This document shows positions 48,291 through 64,000 of a stretch of 64,000 nucleotides of DNA, in pieces. Within the stretch, counting starts at the first letter, position 1, and every line of letters begins with the position of its first letter. The translations under genes and the position numbers were made by a program. This stretch comes from Macrostomum lignano (Eukaryota), in contig NIVC01000677.1 of assembly GCA_002269645.1 (NCBI GenBank), positions 1 to 64,000 on the forward strand, given 5' to 3'. A model generated the notes under the pieces. That model was given only the letters and a program-made list of their open reading frames with translations, searched no databases and was not told the DNA's origin.

Positions 48291-49200
48291 TGGTAGCAGA
48301 GATCAGAATGACAAAGGGCATCCACCGCGCGATTCTGAGAACTTTTTGGGCTCTGGCAACTTTAATGAGTGGCTGCAGCGGTTTGAGCTGTGTGCAGCAG
48401 CCAACAAGTGGACAAACGACAAACACTTGCATCTGCCAACAATTCTGGATGGCGAGGCTCTGGCAGTCTTCCTTGAGCTTGGCGACGAGGACAAGAGCGA
48501 CTACAGTCAAGTGTGACCAAAGCATTAACGCAGTGATTAACCGAGGCCTTTCAGCCAGACAGCCAGCACTTCTCAGCGCTGGAGGCATTCGAGATCCAGA
48601 AGCTGCTGCCTGGTGAACCTCCTCGGCTGTTCCTCTACCGCCTGAGGCAGCTGCTCAAGGACGCTGGAATCAGCAACAAGAATGCCACGGACAGCATGCT
48701 GACCCATCACTTCATCCGCGGACTGCTGGCGGATGTCAGCACTGACGCGTCAGTCAAGACACCTGCTACTGGAGGTGCCTTCTGCCACCACGGATGAAAG
48801 CCAGTCAACCTCTCGCAGCAGCAGCCAGAACTGCTTGCGGCAGTGCTGAGACTGCAGATGTGAGGGCTATGGTCAACTTGCTGCAGGTGACAGTCCAAGA
48901 CCTGGCGGCGAAGCTAAGCTCAGAGGCTTCAGACTCCTGCATGGTTCGCAGTGCGAGGAGACAGCACGAGGTGACCTGCTGGAATGGCAACCACTGTGGC
49001 CACATTGCCAGGAACTGCAAGCAGCCATTGGGAAATGGCACTGGCCAGGGTGGAGCCCACAACCCTGGCCAGTTCTGAGCACAGGGCCCCAGCATGAGTG
49101 GATTGTTTTGGGGTGCATAGGGGGCAGGCTGGACAGTGCTTGAGTAGTGCAGCAACTTATTCTGCATTTGCTGCACCTTTGGCAGCTAGCCGGTCCACTA
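48291..49200 (+). mobile_element. Truncated gypsy-type relic: PBS + gag fragments
   Basis: ...GTTACA AG TGGTAGCAGAG (PBS, tRNA-iMet type) at 48291; FLGSGNFNEWLQRFELCAAANKW...LPTILDGEALAVFLEL; degenerate knuckle TCWNGNHCGHIARNC. Confidence 0.75.
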
Positions 49201-49332
49201 GTCACATACAAACCAGCTGCACTAATGGTTAGCAGCCCAGCCTGACACCAAGCAGCTCTGCTAGCAGCAAATAGCCTACCAAGTTACACCAAAATTGTCA
49301 TTTTGCCATATAGATATAAGTGTTCTTGGACC

Positions 49333-49453
49333 TATTGGAAGTAAGTTGCTATTGGACAGAATAGTAGTCATGTGACTGCTCTCAGCCAATAGTGACTTAT
49401 GTGTGTGTTGCCAATAGAAATGGCTGAGTGATTCCCAAAGTTGCACATGTATG
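49333..49453. mobile_element. Decayed second copy of the 47982-48137 hairpin MITE
   Basis: Aligns with 48030-48143, with CpG sites converted to TG or CA. Confidence 0.8.
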
Positions 49454-50404
49454 TTACAAAATGCACCTGTAATATTAAATGCATATCAACCTAAATTACC
49501 TTTTGACTATTCTTTCTTTTCTCTCTTTTCTTTGCCTCTTTTTTTCCTCTCCCATCTTTCCTCTTTTTCTTTCTTTTTTCTTTATTAATTATTAATATTT
49601 TCTTATAATGTTTATTAAATAAAATAATAAAAGCTCCATTTCAATTACCAAGATCTGTGAAAGCAAGGCCTGTTTAGGACTAACAGTTGTTTTCTAAGAA
49701 GCCTTCTTTGCAATCTAGTCTTCTTTGATAGTGGCAATGACAAATGCTAGATAGCTTCTTTATTAGCTTTATTTATCATAACTTAAGACCTTACCATCCC
49801 AACTTTATAATATTCATTGATATAAAAATGCTGCTTAAGTCCCTGACCCCAAAGACTTATAAGCTCCCCTTGTATTGAAAGTAAAAACATTTATTTTAAC
49901 TTAAAAACCTCTTGATTCTAATCCCAATATGCATTTAATTATTATTATTATTATTATTATTATTAATATTATTAACTATGAGTATGATAATTTTATAATC
50001 ATCAATAGTCATACAGCATAATAATAAATCTTAATGTTTTTTCAAGATATTAAAACTAAGATGGAGATTAAAAAACTTAGATTTTAATAATTAAAATTAA
50101 GATTGAGATCTTTTTTAACTATAACTATGTCATTTTTGCCAAGGAATAGTTAAAGAAAAATTATTAATGAACAAATTAGAATAATAATGGCATAGTTAGT
50201 AAAATTGTAGATTTTGTTTAGCTAGAATAAGTGTTCTGGTTTTTGATGCAAATCATGTAATATATAAAGATATTATATAGGGCCTAGTATCCCAACTTTT
50301 TAAATTGCATCTTAAAATTGGATCTTTAGATGCAAATTTGCATTCTAGTACTATTGAAAAACCTAGGCCAAGGCCAAGGCCAAGACAAAATGTAACAATG
50401 AATA

Positions 50405-50965
50405 GGAACAAATCAAAAGGGCTACAGATTAAATTAAAAGGGCAATAGTCAAAAAGGATGACAATGAAAAGGACAATGGTCAAAACTCAAAAGGGTGATA
50501 GTCAAAAGGGCAACAGCATAGGGTTAGGGCCTATTAGACTTATAGTTGTATTTTAGTTTATATTTATACTTGTATTTGTTTTTGTTAAAAATACATTTTT
50601 AAAAGAATTAAAAAAGCTACTTTTACTATCTTAAGTTTAGCTCATTCATGATTTAGCAGCAGTCTAAAAGTTCTGGTCCAACTAATATAGGACTATGCAA
50701 TTCTAGGCCTATAGATTTATTGTTGATTTTTACACCTAACAATGTACATTATTTTGATGAATAAGGGGAATGGGATAAGCATTTTAACAAATATAAGTAT
50801 AATTATTATATTATAACTACTTATTACTTGTAAATTTTAACCAATAAAAGCTTCTAATGCATGGAACTTGTAATTTCAATAAATATACTATCTGTAACTG
50901 TTGCCCTTTTGACTATTGTCCTTTTGACTGTCACCTTTTTAATCTGTTGCCCTTTTGACCTATAT
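50405..50965. mobile_element. Decayed foldback element with repeat-built inverted arms
   Basis: Left (TCAAAAGGGCAACAG-like)n and right (CTGTTGCCCTTTTGA-like)n, with internal GGGTTAGGG; the architecture resembles 7284-7843. Confidence 0.5.
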
Positions 50966-51479
50966 ACCAATGAACTAGGGTGTCTAGGCCTGGCCTGTAA
51001 TTTAGAAAAATTGCTAGGCCTTTTTATGAAAAAAAGAAGACTGCCTACTACTACTACTAGGCCCTAACAAAAATAGATCTACAACAACAAAGTGAAATAT
51101 TTTTTTCTTTGCACAGCACAGCTGATCTATCTTTACATTTGGTTTATTATGTGTCAATAGTGGCTTATTTGCTTGCCGCCCAACACTTCCGTAAATATTT
51201 GCCAAAAAGATGGTTGAAGCGGGTCAATTTTGTTTAATGTTACAGACGATCGTTTTGAATGTCTGTCTGAATATCTGTCGTGAAACCCTCACATTGCATA
51301 TAGGCTGGGGTCTTTTAAGCTGAATTCTCATTTTGCATGTTAAATTGAAATGTCTATGGACTAAATTGAGGCTTTTGCTGTTGGCTATTTGACTGCTGCA
51401 AGCGTTTAAAAATATAAAAAAACAGAAAACCCGTTAAAAATTTCAAGTAGGGGCCAAGATTGTAGGGGTGATGGCCGAT

Positions 51480-52431
51480 GGGACCCCATTTCGTCAACTG
51501 GCCAGCGTTTCGTCAACTCGGTTGACGAAGTGACCAAAGTGTTAGGGCGACTTTACTGGTGGTTGACGAAGTGACCAATGCTTAGGTCCTTCCCATTTGC
51601 TTTGTTGACGAAGTGACCAAAATTTTCATTATATGAATAATACACGTATGTAACTGATACAGCTGCATAATCTTGTACATGGATAGCTTACAATTATTGT
51701 TATATCGATGACTTGTTTTATTAATTGCCTTATTTTTTTAAAACAATCAAATTTTACAATTTTGCAATACCAGACTGCATGTCCATAGGTTAAATGTTTC
51801 AATGAAAATATTCTATGCAAATGCGTCACCCATGCGCACTCATACCCACATATGCGTCTGGGCATTAATGAATCTTGAGTATTTGTGAATTATGCGACCA
51901 TACATGCGACTACGTAACATGGGTACATGTATCTCTCCTATCAAAACGCGTCCAGGACTGCTATAAAGTCCCCTATGGAGTCGTGAAAATGGTGGACTGC
52001 ATGCGCCTAATTCCCACCCCTCCACCCCGCTGTGCACAGTCAACCGAAGCCCCCGCAGCGAATCTTGATATCCGGTAATGCTCTTGATCGGAGTATATAT
52101 AAATTACGCACGATTCACGCGCGCTCATCGATCGATCATGCCGTACATGGATAAAGCATTTCACTCCTTGTCATGCTTAACACTAAAATGTACATGCACT
52201 GTAAGAAGGCACAGGCAGACGCGCAAACCGAGCGATATTAATTGGGTGCAGTACCACAGCGGCGCAGTTGACGAAGTGACCAATGTTGGGAAACTCCCTG
52301 TTGGCCAGTTGACGAAGTGACTGAGGTTTGAGATCGCTTCATTGGCTAGTTGACGAAACGACCAGTGATAAAACCGAGTTGACGAAATGGCCAGTTGACG
52401 AAACGCCAGTTGACGAAAATGACTAGGACCC
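51480..52431. mobile_element. Foldback/MULE-like relic with GTTGACGAA(GTGACC) repeats
   Basis: TTTCGTCAACT units at the left end are mirrored by AGTTGACGAAA units at the right end, with several internal GTTGACGAAGTGACC copies. Confidence 0.5.
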
Positions 52432-54334
52432 GGATTGTAGTACACCTTAATTTCGTAATTTAAATTGGTGCCAACTCGAGGCGGGTGTTAAGTAAAGCAA
52501 AGCAGTCGCATCGCAATGTAATAATACTCGTATATTTTCGTTTCGTCCAATACTTTATATTCGTAAATTTATATCAGTTGAATTTCATCGCCTTAGCTCG
52601 ATGGTGAGTCCAATAAATGCTGAATCATAGCTCGAACTGTTACTGGCTATGCTTTAGAGTGTGCCTAGTAAGCGCGAAGCTGTGCAAGCTCGTGATTGGC
52701 CAGTAAAGGCTCAAAGTCAAATTCGGTGTCCTGCCTCCGTTCTTGCTACAAGATTAATATTTAATTTGACTGACTTGATTTGGGTCATATGAAATGCATG
52801 TAAGAAAACTTCTTTCAAAATGTTTTTAAGCGAATATTAATAGTCTTTTCAAAGCTATTGTTTCAATGAATGATAGTTTGTTGCAGATAGGCCTAAACTA
52901 TTTCGCATTTTTAACAAGCTTACATGGTCACTTTTTTAGTTAGTTTGTCACGAACGAACTAGTTAAGCAAGTGTGATAGCGGGGACTACCCCTCGTGACT
53001 GTTTTCTGGTTTCTGGACTTGCTACGTCATTGCCATCTGATGGGGACTGATGCCCCACCTGTTGCCCCTTTGCTGGCCTCTCGTGCCCCTCCTTGGCCCC
53101 TACCTTTGGCGCCCCTTTTTGCCTTCGTTTGGCCTGTGTTTTTTGAAAGATTGAGTCCAGTTTCGCGGAGAAGATTTCGATGGATTTCTGTTTCGCGGAG
53201 AGGATTTTGATGGATTTCTGTTCCGCGGAGAGGATTTCGATGGATTTCTGTTTGATGGATTTTGAGAAAATTTGGATGATGGGATTCGGGTCGTGGGATT
53301 CAGCTGATGGAGTTCAGGGAATGGAATTCCGGTGATGGGATTTCTTCCCTTTTCTCCTCCAACCGAGGAGTTGGCCTCGTATTGTATAATACTGATAAAA
53401 TATACTCAGCAGCAGTCAACTTGTACATGTACATGTATTCTCAACAACATTAAAAAGTCGCCACCTTTGGGAGTGCGCAGTAAATTCTAGCTCATGCAGT
53501 ACTGACTTTTGAGTGGGACGCAACTTGCGCCACGCGACGCAGAGTTGGGCTGGGTGAGGAGGGATTGAGAAGAGCGGAGGGCGAAGATTGGATGGATTGA
53601 AGCTTCCTCCTGGTTTTCATAGTTTTTTCAAGCATTTTTTAATATCAAAATAGACGCATGATAGACGCATGGTCAAAAGACACTGCTCGCTGGGACACAG
53701 GGTGGCGACTTTTCAATGTTGCTGAGTATATACGTACATATTGAGTCACATTCATAATATACACAACCCCGCTGACCATGAAAATTTTCAACTGCTTTAG
53801 CTATCTGCGCTGTGAAAATGCACTGCTTTGAAGCGCTTGCCAGACGACCTTGACAATAAAAAGGCCGCTGGGCTGTGCGGCTGTGGCTATTTTTAGAGCA
53901 AAATATTCTATCGCTGCATGCTGTTTCTTGGGAATGGTGACGCGTCAACTTAAAATGATGCGTGCAATTTGGTGTAATGTACATCAGCGCATGCAGATGA
54001 GGGGGGCTATTTGTGAAAGTGCGCGCACGAGCTGAGTGTGAGCTGAGAGCTGAGAAAAGAGATGAGTCAGCAGTTCTCACAGCTAAACTAGTTACCGCTT
54101 GCAGTAGTTATGCGAAATTTCTTCGCCTTGGACACAGTCGCCTTAGCTACGTGTATACATGTACTTAATACTCATTATGCTTAAGGCAGTGCACATGTAA
54201 CTATACTATAGACCTGCACAAAAAGTATGAATGCCTGTGTAACACGTGTTAGCTATCGCTTCCATTGTACATGTATAATCTACTTGAAATATAAAAGTTG
54301 AGACTACATGTACGAGCTATGGTGTGAAATGCGT

Positions 54335-55685
54335 TGTGCTATCAGAGAGGTTGCGGTGTCTGAGACGTTGTGGTGTCTGAGACGTTGTGGTGTCAGAGAC
54401 GTTGTGGTGTCTGAGACGTTGTGGTATTAGAGAGGTTGTGGCGTCAGAGACGTGATGTCTGAGACGCTGTTGCGTCAGAGACGTTGTGGTATCAGAGACG
54501 TTGTGGTGTCTGAGACGTTGTGGTATCAGAGAGGTTGCGGTGTCTGAGACGTTGTGGTGTCTGAGACGTTGTGGTATCAGAGAGGTTGCGGTATCTGAGA
54601 CGTTGTGGTGTCTGAGACGTTGTGGTGTCAGAGACGTTGTGGTCTCTGAGACGTGGTGTGTCAGAGACGTTGTGATGTCAGAGAGGTTGTGGTGTCAGAG
54701 AGACATTGTGGTGTCAGAGGTTGTAGTGTCTGAGACTTTGTGGTGTCTGAGACGTTGTGGTATCAGAAATTTTGGTGTCAGAGACGTGATGTGTCAGAGA
54801 CGTTGTGGTGTCAGAGAGGTTGTGGTGTCTGAGACGTTGTGGTGTCAGAGAGGTTGTGGTGTCAGAGGTTGTGGTGTCTGAGACGTTGTGGTGTCAGAGA
54901 GGTTGTGGTGTCAGAGAGGTTGGGGTGTCTGAGATGTTGTGGTGTCTGAGACGTTGTGGTATTAGAGAGGTTGTGGCGTCAGAGACGTGATGTCTGAGAC
55001 GCTGTTGCGTCAGAGACGTTGTGGTATCAGAGACGTTGTGGTGTCTTTGTGGTATCAGAGACGTTGGGGTGTCTGAGACGTTGTGGTATCAGAGAGGTTG
55101 CGGTGTCTGAGACGTTGTGGTGTCTGAGACGTTGTGGTGTCTGAGACGTTGTGGTATCAGAGATTTTGGTGTCAGAGACGTTGTGGTGTCTAAGACGTTG
55201 TGGTGTCTGAGACGTTGTGGTGTCTAAGACGTTGTGGTATCAGAGATTTTGGTGTCAGAGACGTGATGTGTCAGAGACGTTGTGGTGTCAGAGAGGTTGT
55301 TGTGTCAGATACGTTGTGGTGTCTGAGACGTTGTGGCATCAAAGAGGTCGTGGTGTCAGAGACGTTGTGGTGTCTGAGACGTTGTGGCATCAAAGAGGTC
55401 GTGGTGTCAGGGACGTTGTGGTATCAAAGAGGTTGTGGTGTCAGAGTCGTTGTGGTGTCTGAGACGTTGTGGTATTAGAGATTTTGGTGTCAGAGACGTT
55501 GTGGTGTCAGAGGTTGTGGTGTCTGAGACGTGATGTCTGAGACGCTGTGGTATCAGAGATGCTGTGGTGTCAGAGAGTTTGTGGTGTCTGAGACGTTGTG
55601 GTATCTGAGACGTTGTGGTGTCTGAGACGTGATGTCTGAGACGCTGTGGTGTCAGAGAGATTGAGAGAGGTTTAGGTGTCAGAGA
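54335..55685. repeat. Degenerate ~17-bp minisatellite (GAGACGTTGTGGTGTCT/CA)
   Basis: Tandem variant units. Confidence 0.95.
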
Positions 55686-56544
55686 CGGGGTACATGTAGT
55701 GTCAGGTGCCAAAGAGGCACTTTGGTGTCAGGGAATGTACCTTCAGCAGGTCCTTGTTCACACCTATACCTCGCAATTAATACCCCTGACACATGTACCT
55801 GCGCCATGGCTACAATTGCGTACTAATAGCAGTTATAATTCGAAGCGAAGATTAATTATTAACAAAGCCAAGTTAGCGAAGCACGTTTTTCCTGCTTCTA
55901 TTGAACCATAGAGAAGCAGAACGTGAAAGAGTAATGCAGGGAGAAAAGCACAAATAGACAAAAGAGCCACCTCAATCTAATGCGATTCATCTGGCACAGG
56001 GATGCGGGCGCTTGCCAGGTAATCCAGGATTTGCACTCAGGTTATTCGCTCTTAACCGGGATGTGGTCTGAGTGAATTAAAAAAGGTTAATTTGTTATAA
56101 CTGCGTTATAGCTGCAGGGCTATGAAGTTTGTGGGCAGATGCATCCAACCCCTACAATTCGTCTCTCTCTCCCTCGATCGTGCTGCTGCTGAGTCTGACC
56201 CCCGAGGTAGACAATCTTCAGCTCGGGCAGCAGGTTGAGATGAGAAGACGAGGTGAGAGTTGGGTGCAGGGGTGGGCTGACTAGCTAGTAGCAGCTGACA
56301 GATGCCTCTCTCACCGCACGGGTTCGCATTCGCGTATTTAAACCCACAGAGCCTAAGCAAAAAGCAGATGTTTTATTTGCGTCAACACGCAGACGTTTAT
56401 TATCCAACCTTGAACTCGCATTGTCGTGCAAGGACTAGCCTTCTGTTTTAGCGACCGCAACAACAAGTAAACATGTTATCGCCGGAAAAGTCAATCCAGG
56501 AGTGGTAAGGCTTTGAAACAATTTTAATATAGTTTATTGATAAT

Positions 56545-59794
<3,250 letters not shown>

Positions 59795-60339
59795 GCCGAG
59801 TGGCTGAGTGTCCGGCGCCTCTTGGGCCTTGAAGTGTTTGCCTGTACAGCTGCGTGCATTTCGTGTCATCACTAAAAGTGCAGTTGTACTTTACGGAAAT
59901 CTATACACTTGACCAGATTATCAAGCCAGTTAAATTCATCCAGTTTTTTGTTTTACTGCCACTACATGTATTCCAGAATTATAGCAAAAACAGCGGCGGA
60001 AAAGTACATGCACGCTGTCAGTATGAACTCTCATGCATTGATTTTTAAGAGTGCACCCAAAAACGTACACACTCTAATGCTTCCACTCATAACATAAACA
60101 AAACAGAAAACCTATTTAGAACGAGAGCGTTAGCTGTTCCCAATTTCCCAATACTGTCTCCTACCGAGTGCTAAAAGCATGAGCACTTGGTAACTACTGA
60201 CCTTGCTTGCACACGCAACAAGCGAAAAAACTTTTGTCATTTTTTTAATTCGTCGAACATACGAGACTCGTATTTTATGTGGTGCGATGACTTTTTCATT
60301 TCTTAACTCTCAATTAAATGTCAGTGTAAGTGACACTCT

Positions 60340-60486
60340 GGAGGCTGCTGGCCCAGCAACTGAGGATCTGGGAGGCTGGCCCAGCAACTAAGGATCTGGG
60401 AGGCTGGCCCAGCAACTGAGGATCTGGGAGGCTGGCCCAGCAACTGAGGATCTGGGAGGCTGGCCCAGCAACTGAGGATCTGGGAG
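60340..60486. repeat. 28-bp tandem repeat x5 (CTGGGAGGCTGGCCCAGCAACTGAGGAT)
   Basis: Direct reading. Confidence 0.92.
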
Positions 60487-61264
60487 AGTTTCGGCTGCGA
60501 AAGAACGGAGCGCAGAGCAAGCAGCAGAAGCCCATATCGGCAGGCAATTGTCAGGATATGATTGCAGCGGTGGCGAAATACTCCGAGGCAAATAAAGAGA
60601 GATGTCTGCGGAATTTATATTTAACTCCTACAATGCGAAGCCGCTCTGCAAGGCGGCCGAGTGACACTAAAAAAAGAAATCGCACACAAGCTCAAATCAA
60701 AGTTCACACTGTACTCGCAGCAGAATAAAAAAAATCAGCTCGGAAACGGGCAGAATTCATCGCAGACAATTAACTGAGAATCAAAGAACCAAAACTGAAG
60801 ACAACGAAGAAATGAAAGGTGAAGCTCGTGTGAAAAATGAAAACAGTGAGCGAAACGAGCAAAATTAACAAAATAAGATTGATAAGGTTAAAAGCAATAT
60901 GTGCAGTTTGTTTTAATGCCTGTGCGGGATTAGGGTTCGCTGATCAATCGGAAATACTAATTAGCAATTAAACATTTCAACTCTTACTGCTAGCCTGACA
61001 CGCATTAATTTTATAATTTCAATAAAAAATCTATCGTCAGATTAAAAACAATGACAGAGACTAGAAACAAAAACAATGTTTGTGAATTTTTTTCACACAA
61101 GGAATACTACGCCCTAAGTAAAAGTAATGTAAGTAGCTTGGGAGCATACTATTCGAACAGAAAGTTGACAATCAACAAAATAGTCGGCATTGAAAATTAA
61201 CAGACAGTATAGCAAGTGGATGGGCGCTGTCTTAAATCTACTCCGATCTGCCAGCTACTGTCAA

Positions 61265-61423
61265 CTACTGCGCCACTTCTGCGCGCCTTGGCGCCTCCGG
61301 AGCGGATCGTCTGGAGGAAGAAGCCGGCTTAAGCGTCACGAATCCCAGGTACATCAGGCCGGCGATCACGTGCACGATAAAGTACATTGACCTGTTTGTT
61401 GAATTGGGGTTGGTGCGGCACTG
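61265..61423 (-). CDS. Probable terminal exon of a membrane-protein gene whose 5' part lies beyond the window
   Basis: CAG acceptor next to a minisatellite-filled intron, then GC3-rich codons encoding QCRTNPNSTNRSMYFIVHVIAGLMYLGFVTLKPASSSRR...AQ* (one TM-like helix). Confidence 0.45.
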   Translation of the reverse strand, partial: QCRTNPNSTNRSMYFIVHVIAGLMYLGFVTLKPASSSRRSAPEAPRRAEVAQ

Positions 61424-61429
61424 CTGTTG

Positions 61430-61885
61430 GATAGCCCGTTCACCGATCCCCATGTCACTGGGCAAACCGTTCACCGATCCCCATTTTACAGGGCACACCG
61501 TTCACCGATCCCCGTGTCACTGTGCACACCGTTCACCGATCCCCATGTCACAGGGCACACCGTTCACCGATCTCCCTGTCACTGGGCACACCGTTCACCG
61601 ATCCCCGTGTCACTGTGCACACCGTTCACCGATCCCCATGTCACTGGGCAAACCGTTCACCGATCCCCATGTCACTGGGCACACCGTTCACCGATCCCCA
61701 TGTCACTGGGCAAACCGTTCATCGATCCCCATGTCACTGGGCACACCGTTCACCGATCCTTATGTCACTGGGCACACCGTTCACCGATCTCCCTGTCACT
61801 GGGCACACCGTTCACCGATCCCCATGTCACTGTGCACACCGTTCACCGATCCCCATGTCACTGGGCACACCGTTCACCGATCCCA
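61430..61885. repeat. 31-bp minisatellite (CACCGTTCACCGATCCCCATGTCACTGGGCA)
   Basis: About 14 tandem copies. Confidence 0.95.
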
Positions 61886-61889
61886 ATCA

Positions 61890-64000
61890 CCAGTGTCACC
61901 AGACACACAGCATTCACCAGTGTTGCAAGCTAGACACACAGAATTCACCAGTGTCACTAGATACACAGAATTCACCAGTGTCACCAGATACACAGAATTC
62001 ACCCGTGTCACTAGACACACAGAATTCACCAGTGTCACTAGATACACAGAATTCACCCGTGTCACTAGACACACACAATTCACCAGTGTCACTAGACACA
62101 GAATTCACCCGTGTCACTAGATAAAAATAATTCACCAGTGTCACTAGACACACAGAATTCACCAGTGTCACTAGCCACACACAATTCACCAGTGTCACTA
62201 GACACACAGAATTCACCAGTGTCACTAGATACACAGAATTCACCAGTGTCACTAGACACACACAATTCACCAGTGTCACTAGACACACAGAATTCACCAG
62301 TGTCACTAGATACACAGAATTCACCAGTGTCACTAGATAAAAATAATTCACCAGTGTCACTAGACACACAGAATTCACCAGTGTCACTAGCCACACACAA
62401 TTCACCAGTGTCACTAGACACACAGAATTCACCAGTGTCACTAGATACACAGAATTCACCAGTGTCACTAGACACACACAATTCACCAGTGTCACTAGAC
62501 ACACAGAATTCACCAGTGTCACTAGATACACAGAATTCACCAGTGTCACCAGATACACAGAATTCACCCGTGTCACTAGACACACAGAATTCACCAGTGT
62601 CACTAGATACACAGAATTCACCCGTGTCACTAGACACACACAATTCACCAGTGTCACTAGACACAGAATTCACCCGTGTCACTAGATAAAAATAATTCAC
62701 CAGTGTCACTAGACACACAGAATTCACCAGTGTCACTAGCCACACACAATTCACCAGTGTCACTAGACACACAGAATTCACCAGTGTCACTAGATACACA
62801 GAATTCACCAGTGTCACTAGATACACAGAATTCACCAGTGTCACTAGACACACACAATTCACCAGTGTCACTAGACACACAGAATTCACCAGTGTCACTA
62901 GATACACAGAATTCACCAGTGTCACTAGATACACACAATTCACCAGTGTCACTAGACACACACAATTCACCAGTGTCACTAGATACACAGAATTCACCAG
63001 TGTCACTAGATACACAGAATTCACCAGTGTCACTAGACACACAGAATTCACCAGTGTCACTAGATACACAGAATTCACCCGTGTCACTAGACACACACAA
63101 TTCACCAGTGTCACTAGACACAGAATTCACCCGTGTCACTAGATAAAAATAATTCACCAGTGTCACTAGACACACAGAATTCACCAGTGTCACTAGCCAC
63201 ACACAATTCACCAGTGTCACTAGACACACAGAATTCACCAGTGTCACTAGATACACAGAATTCACCAGTGTCACTAGATACACAGAATTCACCAGTGTCA
63301 CTAGATACACAGAATTCACCAGTGTCACTAGATACACACAATTCACCAGTGTCACTAGACACACACAATTCAACAGTGTCACTAGATACACAGAATTCAC
63401 CAGTGTCACTAGATACACAGAATTCACCAGTGTCACTAGACACACAGAATTCACCAGTGTCACTAGATACACAGAATTCACCAGTGTCACTAGATACACA
63501 GAATTCACCAGTGTCACTAGATACACAGAATTCACCAGTGTTACTAGATACACAGAATTCACCAGTGTCACTAGATACACAGAATTCACCAGTGTTACTA
63601 GCCACACACAATTCACCAGTGTCACTAGACACACAGAATTCACCAGTGTCACTAGATACACAGAATTCACCAGTGTCACTAGATACACAGAATTCACCAG
63701 TGTTACTAGACACACACAATTCACCAGTGTCACTAGATACACAGAATTCACCAGTGTCACTAGATACACAGAATTCACCAGTGTCACTAGATACACAGAA
63801 TTCACCAGTGTCACTAGATACACAGAATTCACCAGTGTCACTAGATACACACAATTCACCAGTGTCACTAGACACACACAATTCACCAGTGTCACTAGAT
63901 ACACAGAATTCACCAGTGTCACTAGATACACAGAATTCACCAGTGTCACTAGACACACAGAATTCACCAGTGTCACTAGATACACAGAATTCACCAGTGT
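61890..64000. repeat. 27-bp minisatellite (ACACAGAATTCACCAGTGTCACTAGAT), runs off the window end
   Basis: Tandem units give 9-aa periodic ORFs in several frames. Confidence 0.97.

Noticed and set aside
47960-49460. Treating the two hairpin copies as the LTR pair of the gag relic
   Set aside because: Similarity stops at the hairpin; the sequence between the first hairpin and the PBS is not repeated after the second, so independent MITE insertions fit better.
52946-53340. TGTCACG start and an open minus-strand frame with 27-bp triplication, suggesting an LTR or retroelement end
   Set aside because: No partner LTR, PBS or recognisable protein motif found.

Overview
Eukaryotic, intron-containing animal DNA, most likely a free-living flatworm. 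The paired double-alpha-crystallin p40-type sHSPs, GC-rich exons and introns filled with 15-49 bp minisatellites fit Macrostomum; this is inference, not a database match. From splice sites and reading frames I reconstructed these genes: an NFKBIL1-like ankyrin gene (-), an NR5A/FTZ-F1-type nuclear receptor with no visible DNA-binding domain (-), two near-identical sHSP genes forming a 6.2 kb palindrome with an intronless orphan ORF in the spacer, a 7-exon FLVCR-family MFS transporter (-), a 5-exon pseudokinase with a putative C-terminal death domain (RIPK1-like architecture, -), and a clockwork-orange-type bHLH-Orange gene (+). Mobile DNA includes a decayed Mag-like Ty3/gypsy element carrying a nested foldback insertion with a 9-bp TSD, a Tc1/IS630-like TIR element, a tRNA-derived SINE, several MITE/foldback relics and a second gypsy gag relic. 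Most long ORFs in the supplied track are artefacts of tandem repeats. The most interesting signals are the kinase-dead RIPK-like death-domain gene, the apparently LBD-only NR5A, the sHSP palindrome (with an HSE difference between arms) and sharply bounded CpG-void, transition-hypermutated domains.
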